DNA from: Macrostomum hystrix
Lineage: Eukaryota > Animalia > Platyhelminthes
Length of the DNA stretch: 64,000 nucleotides
Assembly (NCBI GenBank): GCA_950097015.1
Contig: CATNEN010000038.1
Coordinates: forward strand, 25,172,001 to 25,236,000
Direction of reading: 5' to 3'
Shown here: positions 1-12,932 of the stretch, one piece after another
Position numbering within the stretch: the stretch's first letter is position 1
Layout: each line of letters begins with the position of its first letter
Translations under genes and position numbers: made by a program
Notes under the pieces: model-generated
Seen by the model: only the letters and a program-made list of their open reading frames with translations
Database searches by the model: none
What the model was told of the DNA's origin: nothing

Positions 1-160
1 ACTCACGTCCATCTCATTCACCAACTCACTTCCATCTCATTCACCAACTCACTTCCATCTCATTCACCAACTCACCTTCATCTCATTCACCAACTGTTCT
101 CCATCTCATTCACCAACTGTTCTCTATCTCATTCACCAACTGTTCTCTATCTCATTCACT
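1..160. repeat. Minisatellite, 23-bp unit (CTCATTCACCAACTCACTTCCAT), truncated by window edge
   Basis: About 7 imperfect tandem copies visible directly. Confidence 0.9.
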
Positions 161-224
161 TTCATAGTTGTGCATAACTGCATCTTTTAGTTTGACAAAT
201 AAAGTCTCTCACAAATAGTCTCTT

Positions 225-305
225 GTCGGCTAAGATTCGAACTCAGGACCGCTCCCTGATCAGAAGTCTCACCTCATCCTCCAGTCCCACTGGCCTGAGC
301 TGACT
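225..305 (-). mobile_element. Degenerate tRNA-derived SINE head
   Basis: Reverse strand has a B box (GAGTTCGAATC) and AGCTCAG A-box-like start; resembles the tRNA-like head at 33810-33879. Confidence 0.45.
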
Positions 306-323
306 CATTCGCAGCCGTCTCAC

Positions 324-346
324 CTCGGCCTGCCCCTCCTGAGGCT
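324..346 (-). CDS. Candidate 23-nt micro-exon continuing the Unc-13-like gene (EPQEGQAE)
   Basis: aactttcag|...gag|gtgaga; entry phase 1 matches the phase-1 end of exon 1908-2031. No homology strong enough to confirm. Confidence 0.3.
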
Positions 347-884
347 CTGAAAGTTGAATAAAGAGTAACAAATTATCGATATCATATTCTGCAGTCGAGT
401 ATTAGGACTCAAGTTGAGTTCGCTTCAATGCTGCCGAAGCAATAAATATTATTTAAAACTTTTTTTAAGTTGAGCGGAAAATTCTCTCCTCTCTTACGCA
501 TCCTTGATGAGATGAGCTATTATCGGTAAAAATCTGATAATGCCGAAGTATATTTTATAGCCCTAATTTTAGCCACTGGGTTTATGCTGATTAATCATTT
601 GAAAGCCAGTTATCTCACGCAGAACTGTACGCAAAAAATTAATATTTTAAATCTGTGGATGAGTCTCTTCGCATCTTGACCTGCAGGATTCATCGAAATA
701 AATCTTCGATAAATACTGTTTAATCAGGTAAATAGGAAAAATATTTCTCTTAGAATACTTTTTTATAAGAATATATTTTAATTGTTAGTATATAAGAAGA
801 CTATGTATGTGCTTTCCACAATAATGACACAGAATTATATTGTTCCATTTATTTTAGCTCTCAATTAAAATAAGACACTTCCAC

Positions 885-1890
885 TGACACACATCACCCA
901 CCACCCCACCGCATCTTATCGCCTGCACCGACAACCATCACCCACTGCTCTTATCTCCTGCACCAACACCCATCACCCACCACCCCACCGCATCTTATCG
1001 CCTGCACCGACACTCATCACCCACCACCCCACTGATCTTATCGCCTCCACCGACACCCATAACCCACTGCTCTTATCTCCTGCACCAACACCCAACACCC
1101 ACCACCCCACCGCATCTTATCGCCTGCACCGACACCCATCACCCACTGCTCTTATCTCCTGCACCAACACCCAACACCCACCACCCCACCGCATCTTATC
1201 GCCTGCACCGACACCCATCACCCACCACCCCACCGCATCTTATCGCCTACACCGACACCCATCACCCACTGCTCTTATCTCCTCCACCAACACCCATCAC
1301 CCACCACCCCACTGATCTTATCGCCTCCACCGACACCCATCACCCACTGCTCTTATCTCCTCCACCAACACCCATCACCCACCACCCCACTGATCTTATC
1401 GCCTCCACCGACACCCATAACCCACTGCTCTTATCTCCTACACCAACACCCAACACCCACCACCCCACCGCATCTTATCGCCTACACCGACACCCATCAC
1501 CCACTGCTCTTATCTCCTCCACCAACACCCATCACCCACCACCCCATTGATCTTATCGCCTCCACCGACACCCATAACCCACTGCTCTTATCTCCTCCAC
1601 CAACAGCCATCACCCACCACCCCACCGCATCTTATCGCCTACACCGACACCCATCACCCACTGCTCGTATCTCCTCCACCAACACCTATCACCCACCACC
1701 CCATTGATCTTATCGCCTACACCGACACCCATCACCCACCACCCCACCGCATCTTATCGCCTAAACCGACACTCATCACCCACCACCCCGCTGCTCTTGT
1801 CGCCTCCACTGACACTCATCACCCAGTGCACTTATCGCCTTCACCGACACCCATCACCCACCACCCCACTGCTCTTGTTACCTCCACTCG
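885..1890. repeat. Minisatellite (C/A-rich, two alternating unit lengths, core CACCCATCACCCACCACCCC...TCTTATCGCCT)
   Basis: Tandem imperfect copies; generates spurious ORFs 1547-1948 and 1704-1928. Confidence 0.9.
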
Positions 1891-1907
1891 CGCGAAAAAA
1901 TTCTTAC

Positions 1908-2031
1908 CGACACTCGCCAGCCGCCTGATATCCAGTTGTAGCCGATGATTTGTGGACCCAGCCGAACCCAGAAACTGACCTCCTCTGGTCACAAACTGGC
2001 TGTCCAGTTTTATCCAGCGAACTTGGCCCTC
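1908..2031 (-). CDS. unc-13: Unc-13/Munc13-type C2A domain, C-terminal exon (EGQVRWIKLDSQFVTRGGQFLGSAGSTNHRLQLDIRR)
   Basis: aattgacag| acceptor, |gtaaga donor. Peptide aligns by eye with Munc13 C2A GPGEWLTLDSQ...HRILLD. Phase-0 start matches the previous exon. Confidence 0.75.
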
Positions 2032-2659
2032 CTGTCAATTTTTTTTAAATGACTTTCTCTTATAGACACCTGATGTAATTTTAAAGACACCTGAAATTCA
2101 CTTGAAGACAAATGGAGTCATTTCAATATATTGAAAGCTCATTCAAAAGTACTATCTAATTTTTTTGCAATCTTTCTATCCCAGAAAAGTGTTCTTACTT
2201 GCTTCATAAAGATGGCAAAAGCAAATGGTCTCTAAAACTGGGTAAAAGTTTGGATAACTTTGTTTGCCAAACATCACATCGGTTCTACTGATCTAATCAG
2301 TTACCAAGCCAGCCCCAGTCAGTCCAAGAGTCTAATATTTGTACTTTCTGGTTGGTCACCTTATAAACCTCATACTATCATTATAGGGCCAATTAACTTA
2401 ATGTAGCAATGTCTTAGGCTGCCAGCGCTAGGATTCAAATTATGCCTGATCACATTCGGCTAGCCAGTACAGCCATCTGAAATACGAGCGTATAGGTCCA
2501 TTTTTTTCTCTTCCATTTCTCCTACGATAGTAAAATCGAACCTCCAAGAAATCTGGAATGAATAAATTATTTTGGACTTGGCTGTAGGCAATAATACTAT
2601 GAGGGGAGATACATCTTATTGAGCACATAATACTGGTATCTAGCACTATCTAATACGCA

Positions 2660-3545
2660 AAAACCAACACCTCTTATCTAGCACCTCTTACTCGGTACCT
2701 CTTATCTAGCACATCTTACTCGATACCTCTTATCTAGCACCTCTTACTCGATACCTCTTATCTAACACCTCTTACTCGATACTTTTTATCTAGCACCTCT
2801 TACTCGATACCTCTTATCTAGCACCTCTTACTCGGTACCTCTTATCTAGCACATCTTACTCGATACCTCTTATCTAGCACCTCTTACTCGATACCTCTTA
2901 TCTAACACCTCTTACTCGATACTTTTTATCTAGCACCTCTTACTCGATACCTCTTATCTAGCACCTCTTACTCGATACCTCTTATCTAGCACCTCTTACT
3001 CGATACTTTTTATCTAGCACCTCTTACTCGATACTTTTTATCTAGCACCGCTTACTCGATACTTTTTATCTAGCACCTCTTACTCGATACTTTTTATCTA
3101 GCACCTCTTACTCGATACTTTTTATCTAGCACCGCTTACTCGATACTTTTTATCTAGCACCGCTTACTCGGTACCTCTTACCTAGCACCTCTTACTCGGT
3201 ACCTCTAATCTAACACCTCTTACTCGGTACCTCTAATCTAACACCACTTACTCAGTACCTTTTATCCAGCACCTCTTACTCGGTACCTCTAATCTAACAC
3301 CTCTTACTCGGTACCTTTAATCTAACACCACTTCCTCAATACCTTTTATCTAACACCTCTTACTCGGTACCTCTAATCTAACACCACTTACTAAGTACCT
3401 CTTATCTAACACCTTTTACTCGGTACCTCTAAGCTAACACCTCTCACTCGGTACCTCTAATCTAACACCACTTACTCAGTACTTCTTATCTAACACCTCT
3501 TACTCGGCACCTCTTACCTAGCACCTCTTACTCGGTACTTTTTAT
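2660..3545. repeat. Minisatellite, 28-bp unit (CACCTCTTACTCGATACCTCTTATCTAG)
   Basis: About 31 copies, with a 140-bp (5-unit) internal duplication. Confidence 0.92.
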
Positions 3546-3657
3546 CACTTGCCGGTCGAAACAAATTATTATCTGACGCATCTTATTTAACACATCTTGA
3601 TGAAACACCTATTATCTAACACATATTATTTTTCAATTGAAAGCTCATCCAGTTTAC

Positions 3658-3837
3658 CTTGGCCAGACCCCAGTTGCTAAGCGGTATCCATGCGCAGCCA
3701 AGCATACTGTCCCAGTAGAGTCCCTGACACCACAGCTCCACTTGTAGACCGCAGTTTTTCGACACTGCATCAGCCGGTGTCTCACTGTGCGTGGGTGTTG
3801 AAGGAGGTTGGGTAGCGTGAGTTCTTATTTTTAGTAA
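3658..3837 (-). CDS. unc-13: Unc-13/Munc13-type C2A domain, middle exon (...GLQVELWCQGLYWDSMLGCAWIPLSNWGLAK)
   Basis: Matches Munc13 C2A [24 protein letters not shown]. Donor AAG|gtaaac is phase 0. The 5' boundary is uncertain: ttag at 3838 is phase 0, while the weak aag acceptor about 14 nt further in gives the phase 2 needed. Confidence 0.75.
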
Positions 3838-4186
3838 CTAAGAATAGAAATTTGATGCAAAATTTGTAATTCTGCATTATCCTCGGTATTCAAAATTTGT
3901 CAATATTCAATTGGCGCACGCCAATTATTTTATTTGAGGCCTGATTCTAGGTCAATTGACAAAACAAAAATATAATAATTTAAAGTAGGATTGGCATGCC
4001 ATCCTGTATGTTCGCTGTATTTTCATATGCGACCTCGTAACACAATGGCTTAAAATGCTTTCTAGACACAGGCAACCCATCTGTCATGGATTATCATGTG
4101 AAGCTTGATAATCCTTCAAAAAGCTAAAATCCTAAAGCTTTCGAAAAATTTGCTTTTGCAGCTTTTAAACTTGTGTTCTAGTATAG

Positions 4187-4497
4187 ATTGCGGGCAGTGG
4201 CACATCATTTGGTGACACTAGACCCGCAGCCAGCGAGGAGGCAATTCTGCCCATTTCGCTGACTCCTGAGCACACACGCACACAGATACTGTACGCAGGC
4301 ACACGCTCACACAGGTGTGTACATCTGCCCTGACTTTCTCATCGTCAGGCAGTGTAAAATTCACTGTGCCTTGGAGGTTAGTCCTCAAGGGCGTCAATTG
4401 CACGACAAGCCCCCAAGCCTTCTCTCCGCGGCTGCGCCCCAAATAAATGTGGCCTCGCCGGGGAATCGAACTTAGGGACCTTGGTGTGAAAGGCAAA
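4187..4497 (-). mobile_element. tRNA-derived SINE family A
   Basis: B box GTTCGATTCC; body CTGCCTGACGATGAGAAAGTCAGGGCAG shared with copies at 12.5, 29.4, 30.3 and 31.2 kb. Confidence 0.85.
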
Positions 4498-4562
4498 TAA
4501 TAATAATTATTATTATATTATAGAATACAGCCAGCTAAGCAACTCTTAATGATTTAAATAAC

Positions 4563-6180
4563 AGAACGGATTGCTAATCTAACCCCAGTGGATTAAAGAA
4601 TAGAATTGATTGCTAATCTAACCCCAGTGGATTAAAGAATAGAATTGATTGCTAATCTAACCCCAGTGGATTAAAGAATAGAATTGATTGCTAATCTAAC
4701 CCCAGTGGATTAAAGAATAGAATTGATTGCTAATCTAACCTCAGTGGATTAAAGAATAGAATTGATTGCTAATCTAACCCCAGTGGATTAAAGAATAGAA
4801 TGGATTGCTAATCTAACCCCAGTGGATTAAAGAATAGAATTGATTGCTAATCTAACCCCAGTGGATTAAAGAATAGAATTGATTGCTAATCTAACCCCAG
4901 TGGATTAAAGAATAGAATTGATTGCTAATCTAACCCCAGTGGATTAAAGAATAGAATTGATTGCTAATCTAACCCCAGTGGATTAAAGAATAGAATTGAT
5001 TGCTAATCTAACCTCAGTGGATTAAAGAATAGAATTGATTGCTAATCTAACCCCAGTGGATTAAAGAATAGAATGGATTGCTAATCTAACCCCAGTGGAT
5101 TAAAGAATAGAATTGATTGCTAATCTAACCCCAGTGGATTAAAGAATAGAATTGATTGCTAATCTAACCCCAGTGGATTAAAGAATAGAATTGATTGCTA
5201 ATCTAACCCCAGTGGATTAAAGAATAGAATTGATTGCTAATCTAACCCCAGTGGATTAAAGAATAGAATTGATTGCTAATCTAACCCCAGTGGATTAAAG
5301 AATAGAATTGATTGCTAATCTAACCCCAGTGGATTAAAGAATAGAATTGATTGCTAATCTAACCCCAGTGGATTAAAGAATAGAATGGATTGCTAATCTA
5401 ACCTCAGTGGATTAAAGAATAGAATGGATTGCTAATCTAACCCCAGTGGATTAAAGAATAGAATGGATTGCTAATCTAACCCCAGTGGATTAAAGAATAG
5501 AATGGATTGCTAATCTAACCCCAGTGGATTAAAGAATAGAATGGATTGCTAATCTAACCTCAGTGGATTAAAGAATAGAATGGATTGCTAATCTAACCCC
5601 AGTGGATTAAAGAATAGAATGGATTGCTAATCTAACCCCAGTGGATTAAAGAATAGAATTGATTGCTAATCTAACCCCAGTGGATTAAAGAATAGAATGG
5701 ATTGCTAATCTAACCCCAGTGGATTAAAGAATAGAATTGATTGCTAATCTAACCTCAGTGGATTAAAGAATAGAATTGATTGCTAATCTAACCCCAGTGG
5801 ATTAAAGAATAGAATTGATTGCTAATCTAACCCCAGTGGATTAAAGAATAGAATTGATTGCTAATCTAACCCCAGTGGATTAAAGAATAGAATTGATTGC
5901 TAATCTAACCCCAGTGGATTAAAGAATAGAATTGATTGCTAATCTAACCCCAGTGGATTAAAGAATAGAATTGATTGCTAATCTAACCCCAGTGGATTAA
6001 AGAATAGAATTGATTGCTAATCTAACCCCAGTGGATTAAAGAATAGAATTGATTGCTAATCTAACCCCAGTGGATTAAAGAATAGAATTGATTGCTAATC
6101 TAACCCCAGTGGATTAAAGAATAGAATTGATTGCTAATCTAACCTCAGTGGATTAAAGAATAGAATGGATTGCTAATCTA
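4563..6180. repeat. Highly homogeneous satellite, 39-bp unit (AGAATAGAATTGATTGCTAATCTAACCCCAGTGGATTAA)
   Basis: About 41 near-identical copies with only two recurrent variant sites; no spacers. Confidence 0.97.
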
Positions 6181-7084
6181 CTCTGATCGGCTATTTGAGG
6201 CAGATGAGAGAGAAGACACATGAAAAGATTTAAAGGTTTCGAGTAGAGGAAATGTAGCTAGAAAAATAGAGATGTAGAACCAGTCAATTAGCCTTCGACA
6301 CGGGAGATCGTAAAACTCAGATGCGAACTTAGCTATAAAAGAAATCGCTTCGTTGGAGATAGCCTTTCTAGGAAAGCAGCGGCCCCAGAAGCAGAAGACT
6401 GGGGGCTGTCTGGAAGTCGCGAATCTTGTGGGAACTCAAACAGCTACAGAGTAAGGGAAAATTTGTGTCGTGAGCACACTGCTGTGAGCACAATCTTCAA
6501 TTGCGTATTTCTGCTTTTCTTTCGATTAACAGGGGCAGGGGGCCAAGAGAATTCGTGTGTGCTGATTCGGCAGAAATATTTCTGCAATAATAAGTCTGCA
6601 TTAACTATTTAAGATCCCGAGATTAAAAGGATTAAACACGATATTTTCGTACAGGGAATTATAATAAAATGTGACATTAACATTCTCTACGAGACGAGAA
6701 AATATCCTTAACTTTGTAGACCTACTGCTCTGTCTAAAATTAGTTCCGTCAATAATTGTCAACAAGAGGTCAAAAATGGGGCAGAAAAATCTAAGTAATT
6801 ACTGACTCAAAAAAATTACTTTCCTTTTTCAATCTGCAGCCATAATTTAATCAGTGAAGGTTGAATGAGTCGCTTCTCTACAAACGCGTCTGGAGTTGCC
6901 TTGGTTCGAATCCGGATTTCAATTTTTTCTATACATATCGGAATCGATTCCAACATTAGATTTTTTTAATTCATTGGGCAGTGTCCTCTCTCCTCTCTCC
7001 CGCTCGCTCTCTCCCTCTCTCCCTCTCTCTCACATTGTGTTCCTGTCTCTCACGTTGTCAACCTCTCTCTCTACCTCTCTGACA

Positions 7085-7585
7085 TTGTCTACCTCTCTCA
7101 CAATGTCTACCTCTCTCACAATGTCTACCTCTCTCACAATGTCTACCTCTCTCACAATGTCTACCTCTCTCACAATGTCTACCTCTCTCACAATGTCTAC
7201 CTCTCTCACAATGTCTACCTCTCTCACAATGTCTACCTCTCTCACAATGTCTACCTCTCTCACAATGTCTACCTCTCTCACAATGTCTACCTCTCTCACA
7301 ATGTCTACCTCTCTCACAATGTCTACCTCTCTCACAATGTCTACCTCTCTCACAATGTCTACCTCTCTCACAATGTCTACCTCTCTCACAATGTCTACCT
7401 CTATCACAATGTCTACCTCTCTCACAATGTCTACCTCTATCACAATGTCTACCTCTCTCACAATGTCTACCTCTCTCACAACGTCTACCTCTCTCACAAT
7501 GTCTACCTCTCTCACAACGTCTACCTCTCTCACAATGTCTACCTCTCTCACAATGTCGATCTCTCTCACAATGTCGATCTCTCTC
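7085..7585. repeat. Minisatellite, 18-bp unit (ACAATGTCTACCTCTCTC)
   Basis: About 27 copies; source of the MSTSLT / REVDIV repeat ORFs. Confidence 0.95.
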
Positions 7586-8284
7586 CCTCTTATGTCAGTC
7601 GCTATCCCATTGTTTACCTATCCACCTTATATTAGATTCATTCCAATAAAATACCAAGATTACACCAGTCCGTTTATCTACTACGACATGACTCTAAATT
7701 TCAGTGCTATTTTCCGTATTTTATTGGCCAAAAAACTTCTTTGGCACTTGCCCATCGTGGCAAGCAGGCCACTCAGTAAGGACTTCAGCACGCAAAGCAC
7801 CCTCTTTACCGTCGCACTTCTGTCCGTCAGGCGGTCGAGAGAGAGCCTGACAACGAAGGGGGAGGGCAGGGCATCCGCACACTAGAGCTTAGCAGCTAGG
7901 CTTGGGTTGGATGTAGGATTTCACGGGGCCGAGGACGACGTGAAGGCCTAACTCAGCGGCTGCGTACCCAAACACGCAGTAGATTTCCCAGCTCATATAT
8001 AGAGTTCTACTAGGAGGAGGAATCCTAATCTAGACGGCTTCAGAAGCTCCGGTGACTCAAGGAAGACTGCTCCGAAATAGTACGCTCGCTTGCGTGAGTC
8101 TAGAGCTCGCCGTGCGAATGATGCGATTTGAGACACCGACTCAAGTTGAGCTGGTTATGTGAAATTAATCTCGCGACTTGTAAATAGCTTGTCCGCTTGC
8201 GAGAAAAAATGACTGCCCGCGTCCTGAGTCTTTTCGTGTGTCAGTGCCATTCTTGTTGGACTGACTTGACTGAGGTAGAAAATT

Positions 8285-10600
8285 TTATAGAGGTAGACAA
8301 AGGTATAGAGAGGTAGACAAATATAAGAGAGGTAGACAAATGTATAGAGAGGTAGACAAAGGTAGAGAGAGGTAGACAAATATAAGAGAGGTAGACAAAT
8401 GTATAGAGAGGTAGACAAAGGTAGAGAGAGGTAGACAAAGGTAGAGAGAGGTAGACAAAGAGGTATAGAGAGTTAGACAAAGGTATAGAGAGGTAGACAA
8501 AGGTAGAGAGAGGTAGACAAAGGTATAGAGAGGTAGACAAAGGTAGAGAGAGGTAGACAAATATAAGAGAGGTAGACAAATGTATAGAGAGGTAGACAAA
8601 GGTAGAGAGAGGTAGACAAATATAAGAGAGGTAGACAAATGTATAGAGAGGTAGACAAAGGTAGAGAGAGGTAGACAAAGGTAGAGAGAGGTAGACAAAG
8701 AGGTATAGAGAGTTAGACAAAGGTATAGAGAGGTAGACAAAGGTAGAGAGAGGTAGACAAAGGTATAGAGAGGTAGACAAAGGTAAGAGAGGTAGACAAA
8801 GGTATAGAGAGGTAGACAAAGGTATAGAGAGGTAGACAAAGAGGTATAGAGAGGTAGACAAAGGTATAGAGAGGTAGACAAAGGTATAGAGAGGTAGACA
8901 AAGGTAGAGAGAGGTAGACAAAGGTAAGAGAGTTAGACAAAGGTAAGAGAGGTAGACAAAGGTATAGAGAGGTAGACAAAGGTAGAGAGAGGTAGACAAA
9001 GGTAGAGAGAGGTAGACAAAGGTAAGAGAGGTAGACAAAGGTATAGAGAGGTAGACAAAGGTATAGAGAGGTAGACAAAGAGGTATAGAGAGGTAGACAA
9101 AGGTATAGAGAGTTAGACAAAGGTATAGAGAGGTAGACAAAGAGGTATAGAGAGTTAGACAAAGGTATAGAGAGGTAGACAAAGGTAGAGAGAGGTAGAC
9201 AAAGGTAGAGAGAAGTAGACAAATGTATAGAGAGGTAGACAAAGGTAGAGAGAGGTAGACAGAGGTAAGAGAGGTAGACAAAGGTATAGAGAGGTAGACA
9301 AAGGTAAGAGAGTTAGACAAAGGTAAGAGAGGTAGACAAAGGTAAGAGAGGTAGACAAAGGTATAGAGAGGTAGACAAAGGTATAGAGAGGTAGACAAAG
9401 AGGTATAGAGAGGTAGACAAAGGTATAGAGAGGTAGACAAAGGTATAGAGAGGTAGACAAAGGTATAGAGAGGTAGACAAAGGTAAGAGAGTTAGACAAA
9501 GGTATAGAGAGGTAGACAAAGGTAAGAGAGGTAGACAAAGGTATAGAGAGGTAGACAAAGGTATAGAGAGGTAGACAAAGAGGTATAGAGAGGTAGACAA
9601 AGGTATAGAGAGGTAGACAAAGGTATAGAGAGGTAGACAAAGGTAGAGAGAGGTAGACAAAGGTAAGAGAGTTAGACAAAGGTAAGAGAGGTAGACAAAG
9701 GTATAGAGAGGTAGACAAAGGTAGAGAGAGGTAGACAAAGGTAGAGAGAGGTAGACAAAGGTAAGAGAGGTAGACAAAGGTAGAGAGAGGTAGACAAAGA
9801 GGTATAGAGAGGTATACAAAGGTAGAGAGAGGTAGACAAAGGTAAGAGAGTTAGACAAAGGTAAGAGAGGTAGACAAAGGTATAGAGAGGTAGACAAAGG
9901 TAGAGAGAGGTAGACAAAGGTAGAGAGAGGTAGACAAAGGTAAGAGAGGTAGACAAAGGTAGAGAGAGGTAGACAAAGAGGTATAGAGAGGTAGACAAAG
10001 GTATAGAGAGTTAGACAAAGGTATAGAGAGGTAGACAAAGAGGTATAGAGAGTTAGACAAAGGTATAGAGAGTTAGACAAAGGTAGAGAGAGGTAGACAA
10101 AGGTAGAGAGAAGTAGACAAATGTATAGAGAGGTAGACAAAGGTAGAGAGAGGTAGACAGAGGTAAGAGAGGTAGACAAAGGTATAGAGAGGTAGACAAA
10201 GGTATAGAGAGGTAGACAAAGGTAGAGAGAGGTAGACAAAGGTATAGAGAGGTAGACAAAGGTAAGAGAGGTAGACAAAGGTATAGAGAGGTAGAAAAAG
10301 GTATAGAGAGGTAGACAAAGGTAGAGAGAGGTAGACAAAGGTATAGAGAGGTAGACAAAGGTAAGAGAGGTAGACAAAGGTATAGAGAGGTAGACAAAGG
10401 TAGAGAGAGGTAGACAAAGAGGTATAGAGAGTTAGACAAAGGTATAGAGAGGTAGACAAAGGTATAGAGAGGTAGACAAAGGTATAGAGAGGTAGACAAA
10501 GGTATAGAGAGGTAGACAAAGGTAGAGAGGGGTAGACAAAGGTAAGAGAGGTAGACAAAGAGGTATAGAGAGGCAGACAAATGAAGGGAGGTAGACAATG
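8285..10600. repeat. Minisatellite, 19-22-bp unit (GAGAGGTAGACAAAGGTATA)
   Basis: More than 100 copies, purine-rich strand, 240-bp higher-order duplication at the start. Confidence 0.97.
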
Positions 10601-11512
10601 GTAGAGATGACAAAGGTATAGAGTTAGAAAGGTTTGACTTTACTCCGATGGTGAGCATTTGAGTCTGGTCAGAGGAGAATAGTGCTGCTCTCTTAACTTA
10701 TTTAATTAGGCCTTACGGAAAAAAACAAGTTTGTGAACTGTCAAGTCGGTGAGCTAAGCGGAGAGATATTTTCTGTCCAATCGAACCGTCACCCACATAA
10801 ATGCAAAAGAAGTAAACAATACAAACAGAACGGAATTATGTCTCATAGAAAAAGAACTCCTGCTCAGCGTGGAAATCCGTGCTCTATACCTAGTGGGTGG
10901 GTCAGTATAACGTAGTGAAAAGAGCAGATGCGGTGAAAGATTAGATCGAAAGGGTTTAGGCCTAGGGTCGTATAAGAGAGGGAGAATCATTTGTAAAAGT
11001 CCAAGTTAATGAGCTTGATGGCACGGGGATCATTAATACTGCCTCCTCAGCTGATCTCGTAATAAAAGTGCAACTGTTCATTGAATGCCCAATGCGTTAT
11101 AGTTCTGTAAATTATTAATAATTAGATTAGAATTAACTTTTAGTCAAAAGACATCTTGGAGTTGGAAAATTCCGGACGCGCCTTTGAGAAAAAATGACTA
11201 AATTTCTATAATCGCCAACCAATTTCTGTTAAGCATTCATCTCTCTCAGTACATTCTAACTGAAATATGGAAATTTTGAAATCGCCTAGCTGTCGAAGCT
11301 TTGACTGGCGAAATTATATAAAGAGAAAATATGAAGACTGCAGGAGGAGGCTGGGGAGTTGCGAGGGCCGAACAGGGCGGCTTGATCAGCAGGCAGGGGA
11401 GACGAGATGACTAGGGATGGGCGGGTAGGGATAGGGATTTGGCTACTCAGCGGTGCTCGCTCCCCTGTTCTAGTAAAAAAATCTCTTATGTAGCACCAGG
11501 CACTTGCAACTT

Positions 11513-11583
11513 CAGAGAGAGAGAAAGAGAGAGAGAGAGTGAGTGTGCGTGCGTGTGTCTTGAGGCCTTCCAAGCCATACAGT

Positions 11584-11615
<32 letters not shown>
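11513..11615. repeat. (GA)n and (CAG)n microsatellites
   Basis: Visible directly. Confidence 0.7.
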
Positions 11616-12460
11616 TGAGCATTGAAATAAGTTGGACACATGCAGTTTCGGTCACCGTTAGCCTGATGGCGATTGCACAGTGTCAGGGATAGAACAGAAG
11701 GAAGAGAGAAAAAATTGCCAATTAATAATGACCAATTCTGCGCCAGCTGCAGTGGGAAAATAAGGAAAAAGAAAATTAAGCCAGTTGCTTGCCAAGTTGC
11801 CCCGAGGGCGGCATGGGCGACGCGCATAGATGGGATGTCTCTCTGATTCTCTACCTCCGTCTCTACCTCTCAGAGATGCACGACGAGCGGGGAACAATAT
11901 TTTCAGTGGAACGAATTGTGAAGGGCCATTGATTAGACACTTAATCTGGACTGTCGCTGCTGCTGCTGTCACCGAGACCGAAGGATGATTTTGTTGCTTA
12001 ACCCACACCTGCACGCTGAGTTGCAATATACAATGCGTCATTAAGCGTGTTTCTATTCAACAATTTTATTCACACGAGCAGCTGAGGAAAGACTGTCATC
12101 AATTCAAACAGGCGTTTGTGAATTTATCCTTTAAATGATTGCCAAGCTAAACACGATAAATATTGACGGCAAAACCCTGAAGACAGCTCTACGAAAGCGC
12201 TACTGATGAAGGCAATTTTGGCTTGACTGAATGGAAACAATTAAAATGCAAAGGAAAAGAAGACTGATGACAGAAATAAAAGCACTTTAGAGCTCAGTCT
12301 CTTTGTCTCTCGACTTCGCAAAGCCCCAGCAATGAAACAAGCCAGCTAGTAAATCGCGCGATTGGACAATTGTTCGCTTGTCACGAAACAATGCTGGAAA
12401 TATTTTTGGGTAGAAAATAGAAAACAGGATTAAAGTGCATTCTATCTATTCCGAAACGAG

Positions 12461-12826
12461 AGGGTCGATGGCAGAGCGGTCAACGCACTTGCCTCTCGCG
12501 CCAAAGTCCCCAAGTTCGATTCCGCGGCGAGGCCACATTACATTGGGACGAAGCCGCGTAGTGAAGGCTTTGGAGGCTTGTAGCGCAATTGAAGCCCTTG
12601 AGGGCCAACCTCCAAGGCATGGTAAAATTGTGCACTGCCTGACGATGAGAAAGTCAGGGCAGATGTACACACCTGTGTGAGCGTGTGCCTGTGTACAGTA
12701 TCTGTGTGCGTATGTGTTCAGGAGTCAACGAAATGTGCAGGACTGCCTCCTCGCTGCCTGCGGGTCTATTGTCACCAAATGGTGTGCCATTGCCCGCAGC
12801 CCTCCTGCAATTATTATAATTATTAT
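12461..12826 (+). mobile_element. tRNA-derived SINE family A, near full length
   Basis: A box TGGCAGAGCGG, B box GTTCGATTCC, structured body, (TTA)n tail. Confidence 0.88.
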
Positions 12827-12932
12827 ACCGAAACAATGCCTTGGTGAAGCTGCGTACCGCTGTTCAGTCCATGGACTGGGGAGACCGCTATACACCACAC
12901 TCAAATTATTTTTTCCTGTCAACAATGCTTAC

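Noticed and set aside
4563-6180. CRISPR-like regular array (also 60582-61862)
   Set aside because: Units are head-to-tail with no unique spacers, there are no cas genes, and the context is eukaryotic.
6896-10658. Long ORFs (MSTSLT, REVDIV, LYLCLP repeats)
   Set aside because: They are open in several frames and on both strands only because the repeat unit lacks stops.
12177-12215. Minimal hammerhead-like string CTGAAGA-CAGCTCTAC-GAAA-GCGC-TA
   Set aside because: Core words and a palindromic stem III are present, but stems I and II cannot pair.
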